A stretch of DNA of 53,222 nucleotides from a virus (lineage: Duplodnaviria; Caudoviricetes): positions 1 through 53,222 of the IMG/VR virus record IMGVR_UViG_3300025141_000133; one strand, given 5' to 3'. Below are positions 8,708-18,993 of this stretch, piece after piece; position 1 is the first letter of the stretch, and every line of letters starts with the position of its first letter. The notes beneath the pieces are model-generated. The model did not search any database. It saw only the letters and a program-made list of their open reading frames with translations, and was not told the origin of the DNA. A program made the position numbers and the translations under genes.

Positions 8708-10012
8708 CTAAGCTGGGGCATTCCATTTCAGGATGCAATGAGTTTCAGGAAGACTAATTTCTAGACCTGCTTCGGTCAGAACCATGTCTTTCCGTCCATC
8801 TTTATCAAGATCCTGTATGTTGGTTTTGATCTGAGTGTCACGTGACTTACCGTTACCCGATAATGGGCGATAAGCTACATTACTCATATCAACCATGACT
8901 GCATAATCTTCATATGGCCCACGCAACAGAGGTTCTTGCACTAAGTGCAAATTACCAAAGATAGTATTAACACGTGTAACCTCATGACCAAATGCACCAG
9001 GAATATTAGCGATATCCAACTTGTATCCCCCTGATGGAACTGTATTGCCAAGGAAAGAACCAGCATCTAGTTTATTAAACCAGCTGATTACTTTTCTAGA
9101 AGCAAGTACAAGTTTATTACCAGAGTTTCCAGACTCAGGATGGAAGATGTTTTCCATAGCCTCTAGGAAGTCATCATATGTAGAGCCAGCTTCTCCGTAT
9201 GTAAAGGGATAAGTTGTGCTATTAGCTTCGGTGTATGGTAAGATACCCCAAGAATAACGAAGCGGAGCTCCAGTACTATCCTCATCAGCAGCACCCACAC
9301 CAAATAACATAGCATTTTCTATGTCCATTTTATGTTCCATGAGTTTTTCCTGCCATACCCTACGATATTCATCGGGTCTACCACGATACTCAGTGGAAAG
9401 TGCGGTACCTGAGAACAGAGGGATAGCTGTTTTAAATATCTGACAGTATCCTTCTCTGTTGTACAGTTCGTCTTTCCAACCATCAGGTGCACCTGTTGCT
9501 TCAGCAAATGCGGAACCAACAACTAAACCCCCAGCATCATCGGCGATAGTAGCGTCAATATCTTGAAGTGCAGTAAGCGTAAGCGTGGCTTCTGAAGCAT
9601 CACTAACATCAATATCAGTTATCTTTGCATTATATACAGCAGCTGGCCCTGAAAAAGCGACAACCTGCCCTTCAAGAAAGAATGAAGGCTGTGTTGGAGT
9701 ACTTACAGTTTTACCATACTTATCAATTACGGAATCTACAATTAGGTCAAAAGACGCACCCTTTGCTACATCAACTGCTTGGGCGGCCTTTACACTAAAT
9801 GTACGTCTTTGCCACTGATGTCTCTGTTCCATAAACTTAAAAACAGGATCATTTGTGGGCTTTTTTGCAACTTTCGACAAGTAAACAAAGAACGGTGACT
9901 GCTGTGGAGCAAGTTCTGCTACACGTTCACCAAAATTGAAGACTCGTCGTGCGTCATTAATCTCAACACCCTGTACGGTACCATCGGGTGATAAGGAATA
10001 TTGATCAGCCAT
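8708..10012 (-). CDS. Major capsid protein (HK97 fold, DUF5309/SU10-like)
   Basis: Order terminase-portal-scaffold-capsid; YCQIFKT, EHKMDIENAMLFG and DGRKDMVLTEAGLE motifs. Confidence 0.9.
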   Translation of the reverse strand: MADQYSLSPDGTVQGVEINDARRVFNFGERVAELAPQQSPFFVYLSKVAKKPTNDPVFKFMEQRHQWQRRTFSVKAAQAVDVAKGASFDLIVDSVIDKYGKTVSTPTQPSFFLEGQVVAFSGPAAVYNAKITDIDVSDASEATLTLTALQDIDATIADDAGGLVVGSAFAEATGAPDGWKDELYNREGYCQIFKTAIPLFSGTALSTEYRGRPDEYRRVWQEKLMEHKMDIENAMLFGVGAADEDSTGAPLRYSWGILPYTEANSTTYPFTYGEAGSTYDDFLEAMENIFHPESGNSGNKLVLASRKVISWFNKLDAGSFLGNTVPSGGYKLDIANIPGAFGHEVTRVNTIFGNLHLVQEPLLRGPYEDYAVMVDMSNVAYRPLSGNGKSRDTQIKTNIQDLDKDGRKDMVLTEAGLEISLPETHCILKWNAPA

Positions 10013-10025
10013 TATTTGTTACTCC

Positions 10026-10976
10026 TTATGTCCAAGGATTCCGATTGTCGAAATCCTGCACCATTGACTCCATAAGGCGATCTTCTTCTGTTTTACCAGC
10101 TTGTGCATCATGCCCAGGCGTAACACCTACAGGCCTGGGAATAGATAGTCGTTCTTTTTCTCGCTGCATAGCTTCAGCTTTGCTTTTAACAGTAATCTCC
10201 TCTCTAGACGGAGCATGTCGCAACTTCCAGAGATTAACCAGGTTATCTAGAGAAATAGACTCAGGAGCACTCATTTCTGTCATGAAGCTCTGAGCTTCTT
10301 CTCCCGAAAAACCTCGGTTTGTTGTTAAATCACCATAGAGATTACGCATTTGTGCAACACGCTGTTGCTCAGCCTGAGCTCGTTGACGGACAGTTGCTTC
10401 TTGTTCATAAGCAACCCTCTGTGCTTCTTGCTGAGCCTCATAATAAGCAAGAGTGTCATCACGATAACCATCTACTGATTCTCGATACTTATAGCTAACG
10501 CTATCAGGATCACTATATGCATCAATGGCGTCATAATTAGTGGGCTTTTCAGGACGTTCTGGTTTCTTCAATGATGATCCAGTGGACTCTTGGATTTGAT
10601 CATTGGACAACTGTTCCTCAAGAGCTTTTACTACTTGCGGATTCTGATTGAGATAGTTGGCTATTGGAGCTACTTGCTCCAACTCCGTCATCCGATTGTA
10701 GATCTCTTTAGTTTCGTTGACCTGTGTATCATACTTACTTTGCCAGTATTTGTAACTATCAGGATTATCTTTATCAGATATCTCCTCTCTAGGTGCAGGA
10801 ATTGACGGTTCTTCTTCCACAGATGCCATATCTATTCTATCATCACTTACCAATTCTGCAAATGGGTCTTCTCCACTTGGATCAGGAGCTACTATATCAT
10901 CTACAATTGATTCAGATGTTGTAACAGACAGACTTTCCTGCTCTGTCATATCCACGTTCTGTGCTTCTTGTGCCAT
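10026..10976 (-). CDS. Scaffolding protein
   Basis: Acidic, coiled-coil, between portal and capsid genes; YWQSKYD motif. Confidence 0.75.
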   Translation of the reverse strand: MAQEAQNVDMTEQESLSVTTSESIVDDIVAPDPSGEDPFAELVSDDRIDMASVEEEPSIPAPREEISDKDNPDSYKYWQSKYDTQVNETKEIYNRMTELEQVAPIANYLNQNPQVVKALEEQLSNDQIQESTGSSLKKPERPEKPTNYDAIDAYSDPDSVSYKYRESVDGYRDDTLAYYEAQQEAQRVAYEQEATVRQRAQAEQQRVAQMRNLYGDLTTNRGFSGEEAQSFMTEMSAPESISLDNLVNLWKLRHAPSREEITVKSKAEAMQREKERLSIPRPVGVTPGHDAQAGKTEEDRLMESMVQDFDNRNPWT

Positions 10977-10985
10977 TTTAACCTC

Positions 10986-13370
10986 CTACGACTCTCTTGG
11001 TTTGATTGCCGTTGCTTTGATTTTGGCTAGTTCATCTCCCAAACGTGATTCATAAAGCTGTGCAGCTTTACGAACCTCAGTTGAGCTTTTATGTAAATCT
11101 GTCTTAAATTTTTCTACTTCTACACGTTTATCAGTTGAGCTTTTATGTAGATCTGTCTTAAATTTTTCTACTTCCACACGTTTCTTAGCATGTACGGACT
11201 CTCTTTCTGCTGTTTGCAGATCCCCACTAAGTTTCTTATTCTCTTCAACCAGTGAGGATATTTGTGATTGAAGCTGATTAATCATACTCATTCTCTCTAA
11301 TACGCCTTCCGCATCAACAATTTCAGTCTTCTTAAGTACTTCAGTCTGATCGATAAGACCAGCTTGAAACATTTGCATATAAGTATCAAGAAGTGCCCAT
11401 CTATTAGATGGGAGAGTTGATCCTGCTACAACAACGATATCATACATACCAACAGTAATATCATTAATTTTTCCAATTTCATCCCCAGTAAACTCATCAT
11501 AGACAGCCTGGTTAATTTGTGTCTCTTGAGTAATATTATTAGGTTGCATAAGCCGAATTATCTTTTCCTCTGTATAAAGTTGCTGAATTAAAGGGATAGC
11601 TACTATGGCAACCTGATTTAGTACTTGTTCCATATCATCACGACGGGATTTGATACGTCTTTGACCAAATTCATCCATAACGACAGTTCCACGATAAGTA
11701 GATGGAGCTGTTTTTGCTGAGCCTTGCATCATTTCAAATATGCCAAATCCATACTCAAGATCATGTTTAGCATCAGCTTCGTTCTTATATAGCTCATTAG
11801 GTAGTGGTATCGGCCCAGCTACAACAGGAGTACCTAATTCACCATCAAATTCTATTACTGCAGTTCCTGCTTTGCCCCATTCTTCCTCTATTTCACGTTT
11901 ATTAACAGAACCTCTAGGGACGAGTAGCTTTACGTTAGTACTAGTAGATGCGTGAGCAATGATAAGAGAACGTATTTTATTAACATATTCCTGAAGAGGC
12001 CTATATATCCTAACATCACTCTCTGGATAAGGATTGCGATCATGGATATTCATCATAACAACAATCGGATAATCCTCACAAGGAAGAATCCTAGTATAAA
12101 GCAACCTGTCACCAGCAGAGACAACAACTTTAATTCTATCCTGAGCTATCTTGTTAACGTATATCTCTCCTTCCTGCATCAATTCTGACTTTGTAATCTC
12201 TTTGAGATAAGTAGTACTACCAGGAATAACCATAGGATCATCATCAGAAGCAGGGCCAGGAACCATTTGGGGCTGAGGCTCACCCATAGGCTGACCAGAC
12301 ATTGGATCTATTTGAGGTGGGGGCATTATCATATGGAAAACACCACCAGTTTGCTCTATAATCTGTAATAATTCATTAACACCCTCTGGAACAGTAACAA
12401 TCTCCCTATTACCTGGATTATCTTCTTTTTCTACAATAACAGCGGGTTGTTCTCCATAAGCACTAAATTTTTCTTCGGTATTGAATATTTGCTCATAATT
12501 AGCGTTTGGATCATAAGTATGAAAGTAATCTACCGTTATACGTGTATATCTCTCGATAAACTCTACTTTCTTATGCACACCATCGTCACTAAAGTCACCT
12601 AAGAATGTTTGACTTTCAGTATTGTCTAGTTTAGTAATAGGATATGAATGTAAAGAAGATGCGTCTCCAGTATCCCACTTATCTGCTGCTTCTATAATAT
12701 CAGAAAACTCAGGATAAGTATTATGAGCTTGCTCTTCTGTAATGATTTTAACTATTAAAATGTTGGCAGCATCCCTACACATGTTATCTTTTGAATTAGG
12801 GTCAATATAAAGGTCTAAAGGGTTAACAGCCTCCACAAGAACTTCTCCCTTGCCCATATCAGCATGTGGATCCTGATAAACCTGTAAAACACCCATACCG
12901 CCTACATAATAGTCATCAATAACTCTTTTAAGTGCTGAATTGCCATCTGAGTTCTCCCAAATCCAAGTAAAGAGGTCTGACATGATTTTAGCCACTCGAG
13001 TATCAGAATCTTCCCTACCAGTAGCCCTGAACGAAGGTTTATTATAAGCAAGTAATGCTTTTGCAGTTTCTACAATAGGATGCATACGATTAACCACTAT
13101 TGGATTTTGTCCTCGTTTCTTGAGTATCTCTGTTTGTTCTTGAGTCCATTGTGCTCCTGATCTGAATTCTTGTGCTTCCTTAAACTTTTGTGCCCAGGAA
13201 TACCTGGGATTTGAATATCTTTGCACTAATTCCCTAGATCGCTCAACTTCAGGGTGAATACCTTCAAATGCTGGATCACCAGCCTCTGCCTCAAGATTTT
13301 CCATTTGAGGCTGACTCATCTGTTTACCGAGGGTGTTTCTAGGGTGTTGCACCACTAAAGTACTGCCCAA
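10986..13370 (-). CDS. Portal protein (P22-like); start probably ATG 13319
   Basis: F.SG.QW...LK.RGQ.P.V.N, YVGGMG and LQEYVNK.RS motifs; follows the terminase. Confidence 0.92.
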   Translation of the reverse strand: MGSTLVVQHPRNTLGKQMSQPQMENLEAEAGDPAFEGIHPEVERSRELVQRYSNPRYSWAQKFKEAQEFRSGAQWTQEQTEILKKRGQNPIVVNRMHPIVETAKALLAYNKPSFRATGREDSDTRVAKIMSDLFTWIWENSDGNSALKRVIDDYYVGGMGVLQVYQDPHADMGKGEVLVEAVNPLDLYIDPNSKDNMCRDAANILIVKIITEEQAHNTYPEFSDIIEAADKWDTGDASSLHSYPITKLDNTESQTFLGDFSDDGVHKKVEFIERYTRITVDYFHTYDPNANYEQIFNTEEKFSAYGEQPAVIVEKEDNPGNREIVTVPEGVNELLQIIEQTGGVFHMIMPPPQIDPMSGQPMGEPQPQMVPGPASDDDPMVIPGSTTYLKEITKSELMQEGEIYVNKIAQDRIKVVVSAGDRLLYTRILPCEDYPIVVMMNIHDRNPYPESDVRIYRPLQEYVNKIRSLIIAHASTSTNVKLLVPRGSVNKREIEEEWGKAGTAVIEFDGELGTPVVAGPIPLPNELYKNEADAKHDLEYGFGIFEMMQGSAKTAPSTYRGTVVMDEFGQRRIKSRRDDMEQVLNQVAIVAIPLIQQLYTEEKIIRLMQPNNITQETQINQAVYDEFTGDEIGKINDITVGMYDIVVVAGSTLPSNRWALLDTYMQMFQAGLIDQTEVLKKTEIVDAEGVLERMSMINQLQSQISSLVEENKKLSGDLQTAERESVHAKKRVEVEKFKTDLHKSSTDKRVEVEKFKTDLHKSSTEVRKAAQLYESRLGDELAKIKATAIKPRES
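11077..11183. repeat. 54-nt tandem duplication in portal C-terminus
   Basis: KRVEVEKFKTDLHKSST twice; 2 synonymous mismatches. Confidence 0.92.
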
Positions 13371-14833
13371 TCATAGTTTACAGCTGATTTGCTGGAATTA
13401 TCGGAAACTGAGGCTGTTTCAGAAGAATGAGGTGTATAAACCCCTTTCATAGCATAAAACAGCCCATCTAGCAAATCATCGTGCTTTCCTCGGGGATACA
13501 TCAAGAGTTCTCCCTTCAAGTCCTCCATTTTGTCATCTATGAATATTTTTTTCCTATAGAAGTGAGGTTCCATACTTTCTAACCTTACTGACTTATGAGT
13601 TCTAGGATTTTCTTTAATTCTTAAACCAGGGATAAATATATCCTTCTCTTGGCAACGACGTTCAAGATAGTCCCGTATCATCTCCTGGTAGCCAACAGAT
13701 TCGATTCTTACCTTCTGTGGCTTATATTTTTTGTACTGAGACATGATAGACTCAGCTAAATCTACTGGTTTTGCATGTTTTCGGTAATATGGGAGTATAT
13801 AACGATTATCATTGGCATCTATGGCAATTGTTACAATAGTAGAGTAATCTGCGGTCTGTTTTGTGCTAGAAGCAGGATCTACGCCTATAAACGTGTAAAC
13901 AGGTATATCTACACCATTTTTCAGCTTTAATGTGTGTAATCCATATTTACCAAGTTCAAGAGTGCCATCATAGTACTGTAAGTAGTCTTCGCTGAATAAT
14001 TGGTCTTCATCTCCTACTACTTCACACTGATATTCACGATAGAAGACTGATGAACGGTTAATATCAGAGAGCGAGATCTTTTTCTCCATAAGAGCATCAT
14101 AACTCAACTGTTCGGGCCAGAGCACTTTCTTTTTCTTATCATCTATGACAGCCTGATATCTTAACGTCTTCCACCCTTTCATGCCATCTAAGGTTTCAAC
14201 TATGCACCTTTGATGCTGTGGTGTGCCAATAACAATGACTCTTCCTGTTTGTGCATCAAGTGCAGGTTCAACAGACTGCAATAACCAACGTAAGTTCCAT
14301 TCCATTGCCGTATCTGTCTTAGTATTGTTCTCATCCTCTGGATCATCCAATACTATGAGCGTTGGACGCTGATCTCCGTACTTTAACCCTCTTATCTGCT
14401 GACCTGTACCTTTACAGGTGATAACAGAGCCATCTTTCAATTCTACGGTGTCTTTTGTCCATATCCTGGATGAATGCTGTCCCCAGTACCCAAACATCGT
14501 TCTCAAGGGCATAGAATACTCAAGTGCGTTCTTAATCGTGTGTAAAAGGTTCAAAGCGTGTCCCTGAGTCTTAGAAGAGAGTACTATTACCTTCTTTTTC
14601 TGGTCATCAAAGAAAATATGGTGTAATGGGAATACGCCAGCTGCAAGAGAAGTTTTAGCGTGTCCCCTAGGAGCAACAATGTTCATGCGTTTGTATTTCT
14701 TATTTATGAACATTTCACAGATGTCCTTATGAAATTCAGGTGACGGAAGAGAAAACATATTAGGTAAGCATGCTTTACCAAATTTTAGTATGTCACCCTT
14801 CAGTTGGTGCAGTATTTGGTCTTTCCTACTCAT
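13355..14833 (-). CDS. terL: Terminase large subunit
   Basis: Walker A APRGHAKTS, Walker B LIVLDDPE, nuclease motifs GVDPA..ADYS and HDDLLD. Confidence 0.95.
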   Translation of the reverse strand: MSRKDQILHQLKGDILKFGKACLPNMFSLPSPEFHKDICEMFINKKYKRMNIVAPRGHAKTSLAAGVFPLHHIFFDDQKKKVIVLSSKTQGHALNLLHTIKNALEYSMPLRTMFGYWGQHSSRIWTKDTVELKDGSVITCKGTGQQIRGLKYGDQRPTLIVLDDPEDENNTKTDTAMEWNLRWLLQSVEPALDAQTGRVIVIGTPQHQRCIVETLDGMKGWKTLRYQAVIDDKKKKVLWPEQLSYDALMEKKISLSDINRSSVFYREYQCEVVGDEDQLFSEDYLQYYDGTLELGKYGLHTLKLKNGVDIPVYTFIGVDPASSTKQTADYSTIVTIAIDANDNRYILPYYRKHAKPVDLAESIMSQYKKYKPQKVRIESVGYQEMIRDYLERRCQEKDIFIPGLRIKENPRTHKSVRLESMEPHFYRKKIFIDDKMEDLKGELLMYPRGKHDDLLDGLFYAMKGVYTPHSSETASVSDNSSKSAVNYDWAVL

Positions 14834-15636
14834 GCTGCGATGGTTTCCATTCCCTTTTTATCAAGTTTTAGTGGTTCTACAGGCTCACTTAACCCTGCAG
14901 CCTCCTCAATAGACTGTAACGAGACGAATTCAGCCTCAAAGGTGTCAATTTGCTTCTGTTTCTCCTTCATACCGAATATTTCGACCAAATCTTCTGCTGC
15001 CCTGAGCAAATTAGCAGCCTGTTCCTTCTTTCGAGCTAAATTAGCAGCTTCGAGGATCATATCTATGACAGTGCCCTTAGTAACACCCTTCTTAGACATT
15101 AACCTCTCTAACTCTTTGTCTACCATTTCTTGGATATATTGTTTTTTGAGTAATGCTTTAGCCTTAGCTGCTGGTATGGGCTCCTTTTTGTTGAAAATTT
15201 TTCCCAGCCTGTCGTAGCTGATGTTGTCTGCGATAAACATTTGTGCGTATGCCCTAACAAAATTCTTGTAACAAGTCCTTGTCTTATTGAGTTCCCAGCT
15301 ACTCTTAGACGAGATTTGGTTAAACTCTCCTGTTTCTTTGTGCGGTAGGTACTTGAGCTTCCGCTTTCCAGTGAAACACTGCCCGAAGGGAAAGACAAGA
15401 TTGATAGAAGGTTTGTTCCTATCAGTGTATTCGCGCCTTTTGAGGCATTCTGCAACGTAACCGTCATCTGTTATGCCCCACTCACCTGGTAAACAGTCCT
15501 GCCAGTACTTATATTCAATTTTTTGCTGTTTAGCCTCTTTTTCTGGGTATATGAAGTACTCTTTCTCATTATATCTCTTTTTACCCGTCTGAAGTGCCCA
15601 GGGCTGGTCTATATGCTTTCTTACTATCTTGTCCAT
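14830..15636 (-). CDS. Putative terminase small subunit
   Basis: Directly upstream of terL; helical C-terminal part with TerS-like layout. Confidence 0.55.
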   Translation of the reverse strand: MDKIVRKHIDQPWALQTGKKRYNEKEYFIYPEKEAKQQKIEYKYWQDCLPGEWGITDDGYVAECLKRREYTDRNKPSINLVFPFGQCFTGKRKLKYLPHKETGEFNQISSKSSWELNKTRTCYKNFVRAYAQMFIADNISYDRLGKIFNKKEPIPAAKAKALLKKQYIQEMVDKELERLMSKKGVTKGTVIDMILEAANLARKKEQAANLLRAAEDLVEIFGMKEKQKQIDTFEAEFVSLQSIEEAAGLSEPVEPLKLDKKGMETIAA

Positions 15637-15896
15637 TAGAAATCAATGACTTCCCATCCCTTGGGTATTGGTGTGTCTAGAATTTTATCTAAGTCTCCCT
15701 CGAAATCAATATCACTGTAATCAGTAGTGTGTTTACTAATGTTACTTATGTTAAGTATAGTACTAGTCTGGTTACTATCGTTAACACTAGTATTAATATC
15801 TAATAACTTAGCACTCTTGTTAACTACTCTACTAACTAAATTGGTAACTAAACTACTAAACACGTGCTTCTCTGTATACTGACTTACAAGTATCAC
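15636..15896 (-). CDS. Hypothetical protein over low-complexity ACTA/TAGT-rich DNA
   Basis: Stop overlaps the next ATG; S/T/N/L-rich. Confidence 0.45.
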   Translation of the reverse strand: MILVSQYTEKHVFSSLVTNLVSRVVNKSAKLLDINTSVNDSNQTSTILNISNISKHTTDYSDIDFEGDLDKILDTPIPKGWEVIDF

Positions 15897-16062
15897 AAGT
15901 TAAAACATATTCGTAGTTATCACTGGTTCCATTAGATTCTGTACGTATACTGCTATCCTTGTTGAACCATAGTGATCTCTCTAGCTTGGTTTCTATACAT
16001 TCAGGACAGAAAGGTGTCCCAGAAGCAATATACTTTATTTCGGCTTGTCCTAAATGTGACAT
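15856..16062 (-). CDS. Zinc-ribbon protein
   Basis: CPEC...CDTC; ATG 16062 preferred because TTG 16077 lies in the -10 box. Confidence 0.65.
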   Translation of the reverse strand: MSHLGQAEIKYIASGTPFCPECIETKLERSLWFNKDSSIRTESNGTSDNYEYVLTCDTCKSVYREARV

Positions 16063-16075
16063 TGCAATTAGAACC

Positions 16076-16104
16076 AATATAAGACTAATATATTAAAAAA
16101 TCAA
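16076..16104 (-). promoter_or_regulatory. Sigma70-like promoter for the packaging/head operon
   Basis: TTGATT-N17-TATATT on the minus strand; same layout as 23510..23538. Confidence 0.6.
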
Positions 16105-16342
16105 TGACAAAAGTATGAAAAATTAATTCCCAAAATATACTACGAATGTGAGAGCATGATATATACACATACTACCCCCAAAGTATTCGTACATGGTGGG
16201 TGTACATTTCGTTGAAAAACACGTAACTCGTTTAATCAGTTGCATATCTCCCCACCGTGTGCAGTTCCACCTGACTACTCCGCAACTCGTGTAGAGTGTC
16301 AGTCACTTAAACTGTGCTGTTGAAGCACGGAAGGAGCATGAT

Positions 16343-16663
16343 ATGGACTTTCTATCAATGCTACGTAGTATGGGTGAACTCAGAGGTTCTTTCTGGGTAT
16401 CACGTCCCAATGATCCAACGGACATCGCAGGCGAGGGTTTCAGTGTCGTCCCGTTATCCGAGCTCCAAGTTGGTGATAACCTATTCGTGAACACCAAGAC
16501 CATCTCTGAGGCTGAGCAGGTTCTCGTCTGTGATGCTATTAACACACTCAGAGCACAGGAAGGTGTCGCTCCGTTTCATCTGATGGACTCTGAATGTAAG
16601 GAGTCTACCATACATGATGCGGGTGATGTCGTTTGTGTGTGGTTAGCGCCCGAGCTATCATAG
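16343..16663 (+). CDS. Stand-alone hypothetical protein, first gene of the plus-strand block
   Basis: AAGGAG SD, own terminator, more GC-rich than neighbouring genes. Confidence 0.8.
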   Translation: MDFLSMLRSMGELRGSFWVSRPNDPTDIAGEGFSVVPLSELQVGDNLFVNTKTISEAEQVLVCDAINTLRAQEGVAPFHLMDSECKESTIHDAGDVVCVWLAPELS

Positions 16664-16679
16664 AGTAGTCACCCTTAAC

Positions 16680-16724
16680 GCAGTGTCTCATGTCGCTTGT
16701 ATGGCATGAGGCACTGCTTTTTTT
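16680..16724 (+). terminator. Intrinsic terminator
   Basis: 15-bp stem gcagtgtctcatgtc/ggcatgaggcactgc followed by T7. Confidence 0.9.
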
Positions 16725-16815
16725 ACATACCAGACAAAAAAAGGGTTCTTCAACACAGCTCCCCACAGTGTTCAGGAGTTCAGTAGCATTTCACTTAGAA
16801 TAAGGAGGAAACAAG

Positions 16816-17286
16816 ATGAAACACATAGAAGGGATACTACATCGAATATATTGCAAGATCCGCTTTAAGTATGGTAAGCACTTAGCAATCATAGCATGTC
16901 CAGGCAATGAGCCATTACATTTTCACCATGATGGTTGTCCAGCATGTGAATACTATGAAGACATGGAAGAGTTAGCTAAGGAGGGGGAGGGTGGAGTTCC
17001 ATGCAAAATGCCAGACGATATCATTCTCGACTTAGCAAAAACACTCGAATTGGTAGCTACTCATTGTAATTGTAATGATGGTACTGCTGAGACAGTAGGA
17101 TTAAACTGGAGCTATTTGCACAAGTTAGACAATAGAACACAACATTGGTTAGGCAAGGTTTATGGCGAAGCGAAGCAGGACTCGTTAGTTGATGCAGATA
17201 GTGACCAATATAAGTACATAAAAGAACAAGAGTTATTAGACATGTTAGATGATACGAAGAAAGAACTGGAGGAAATGGTCTGGTAA
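16816..17286 (+). CDS. Hypothetical early protein
   Basis: TAAGGAGG SD; His/Cys cluster HFHHDGCPAC. Confidence 0.75.
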   Translation: MKHIEGILHRIYCKIRFKYGKHLAIIACPGNEPLHFHHDGCPACEYYEDMEELAKEGEGGVPCKMPDDIILDLAKTLELVATHCNCNDGTAETVGLNWSYLHKLDNRTQHWLGKVYGEAKQDSLVDADSDQYKYIKEQELLDMLDDTKKELEEMVW

Positions 17287-17343
17287 AGTAATGACAACTG
17301 GGTAGTATTACTAACCACATGTAACTTAAAAAAGGAGAAGGTC

Positions 17344-17508
17344 ATGAAGAAAAGAAACAGAGCAAACCTAATCACAGTAGATCAATTCGGTAGTGTACTA
17401 TTAATCAAAGCCAAAGGTAACAGCATAGGCGAGCTTAAAGCAAATGCATGTAAACAAATAAGGAGGACAAATAGAAATGCAGGTAAAATTACACCTAAAC
17501 GGTTCTGA
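17344..17508 (+). CDS. Small basic hypothetical protein (54 aa)
   Basis: AAGGAG SD; MKKRNRANLITVDQFG...; below the ORF-track cutoff. Confidence 0.5.
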   Translation: MKKRNRANLITVDQFGSVLLIKAKGNSIGELKANACKQIRRTNRNAGKITPKRF

Positions 17509-17680
17509 AGAGTTAACACTAACCACATTTAATATGAAGCAAAAGGATGAATTAAATGATCTAATATCCTTATTTGGTAAATTACTACAAGAGACCGAAG
17601 TAAATGCTTATTTCCTTGATCATGAGAATACTAAGGTCTACAGGATATACAAGCAAGTATCTAAAAAGAAGGAGGAATAA
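17477..17680 (+). CDS. Hypothetical early protein
   Basis: AAGGAGG SD. Confidence 0.75.
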   Translation: MQVKLHLNGSEELTLTTFNMKQKDELNDLISLFGKLLQETEVNAYFLDHENTKVYRIYKQVSKKKEE

Positions 17681-17958
17681 TGGACAAGCTAAAAAAGTGG
17701 GCAAATAGAATATCTGCTTATCGGTTGATTCAAAGAAAGCTGGAACAAACTGATGATTACAAGCACTTATTAAGACAGAAGTTAGTCTATGAACAACGGT
17801 TTAAGAAGTTTAAGAGTAGTAACGGCTGGTACGATACTGCTAAAATGCCTCCAAGTCTAAGGTATAGCTTTTATAACCAGTACATACCTCTGAAACACGG
17901 GCTACAGCTAAATGGCAAAATATCTTATCCTAATGATAATATAGCATGGGAGAAATAA
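17680..17958 (+). CDS. Hypothetical early protein
   Basis: GGAGG SD, TAATG coupling. Confidence 0.75.
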   Translation: MDKLKKWANRISAYRLIQRKLEQTDDYKHLLRQKLVYEQRFKKFKSSNGWYDTAKMPPSLRYSFYNQYIPLKHGLQLNGKISYPNDNIAWEK

Positions 17959-18164
17959 TGGAAATTTGCAACGATCCACTCTGTGATCAATTTAGACGTA
18001 CTTACATCCAAAAAAGCCTTGAATACGACTATCCTCATTGTAATGGCAACTATGACGTATCTGAAGATCCAGCAGAAACAATAGCAGTATTACAGAAACA
18101 AAGAGACACCATAAATGATCGCATAGATGAAATTATACGTCAATACTATGTAAAAAAGAGGTAA
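17946..18164 (+). CDS. Hypothetical early protein
   Basis: Coupled ORF in the early operon. Confidence 0.65.
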   Translation: MGEIMEICNDPLCDQFRRTYIQKSLEYDYPHCNGNYDVSEDPAETIAVLQKQRDTINDRIDEIIRQYYVKKR

Positions 18165-18167
18165 TAA

Positions 18168-18491
18168 ATGAAACTTTCATCTTCAGCAGTAACTCAGCAA
18201 ATTGTTAAAATAAAAGCTAATCAAGAAAAATCTCGATTATGCCTATTAATGCTTGAATTTTATGCATATATGGAAAAACAGGGATTTCCAGAGTTTTGGA
18301 AGAATTGTAAAGGAATAAAATATCCTACACATAATCTTGACAAACGTGACCATAATCTATATTGGTGGTTTAAATGGAAAGATGGTACTGAAACTAAATT
18401 ATTAGCAGATAAGTATAATATGCAATTTAAAGACTTAAAAGGATTTAAGTTAAAGAAGGATGAAAATAATAAGGGGAATAAAAATGGCTAA
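18168..18491 (+). CDS. Hypothetical early protein
   Basis: GAGGT SD. Confidence 0.7.
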   Translation: MKLSSSAVTQQIVKIKANQEKSRLCLLMLEFYAYMEKQGFPEFWKNCKGIKYPTHNLDKRDHNLYWWFKWKDGTETKLLADKYNMQFKDLKGFKLKKDENNKGNKNG

Positions 18492-18723
18492 TTGGTGGGA
18501 TGTAAGAATATGTTCACAGTGTAAAAATGATATGGAAGAAAAGTGTGTTGAAACAAGAGTAACAGACAGAGGCGACATAGTATGGGAGACATTTCTCGAA
18601 TGCCCTAAATGCGACATACAATACGACGATGCAGATTTATATGATATGTACCAATTAGATCATGATGTTGATTCGTATAGGGAACACTTAGACTCAATAG
18701 GAAATAAAAACAACGGAGGATAA
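18460..18723 (+). CDS. Zinc-ribbon protein
   Basis: CSQC...CPKC; true start probably at MANWWD. Confidence 0.7.
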   Translation: MKIIRGIKMANWWDVRICSQCKNDMEEKCVETRVTDRGDIVWETFLECPKCDIQYDDADLYDMYQLDHDVDSYREHLDSIGNKNNGG

Positions 18724-18993
18724 ACAGATGATAGAAGGAATAGGATTACTCATTATAGGAGCAATAACAGTTAAGTTAGTATATGATTTATTTGAAGATG
18801 ATGTACTGTAAAGAGAAAAAATGAAAGAAGATCACGAAATAATAGCAGATTGGATTGCTTATGAATCAAACGACAGACAAGAAGAAATAGAGTGGCTTTT
18901 ATTAAAGCTATATCCTAAAAATGGAAACAAAAAGATTAAAGATGATTTTAAAGATATTCTTGAAACATATAAGGAAGCCAATGGGGAGGAAGA

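Noticed and set aside
4015-13357. Amber (TAG) recoding
   Set aside because: Long genes have no internal TAG. TAG stops end genes at sensible places, the capsid gene ends TAG-TAA, and the portal TAG is part of the next SD. The in-frame mini-ORF MEGVG* at 4066 is probably incidental.
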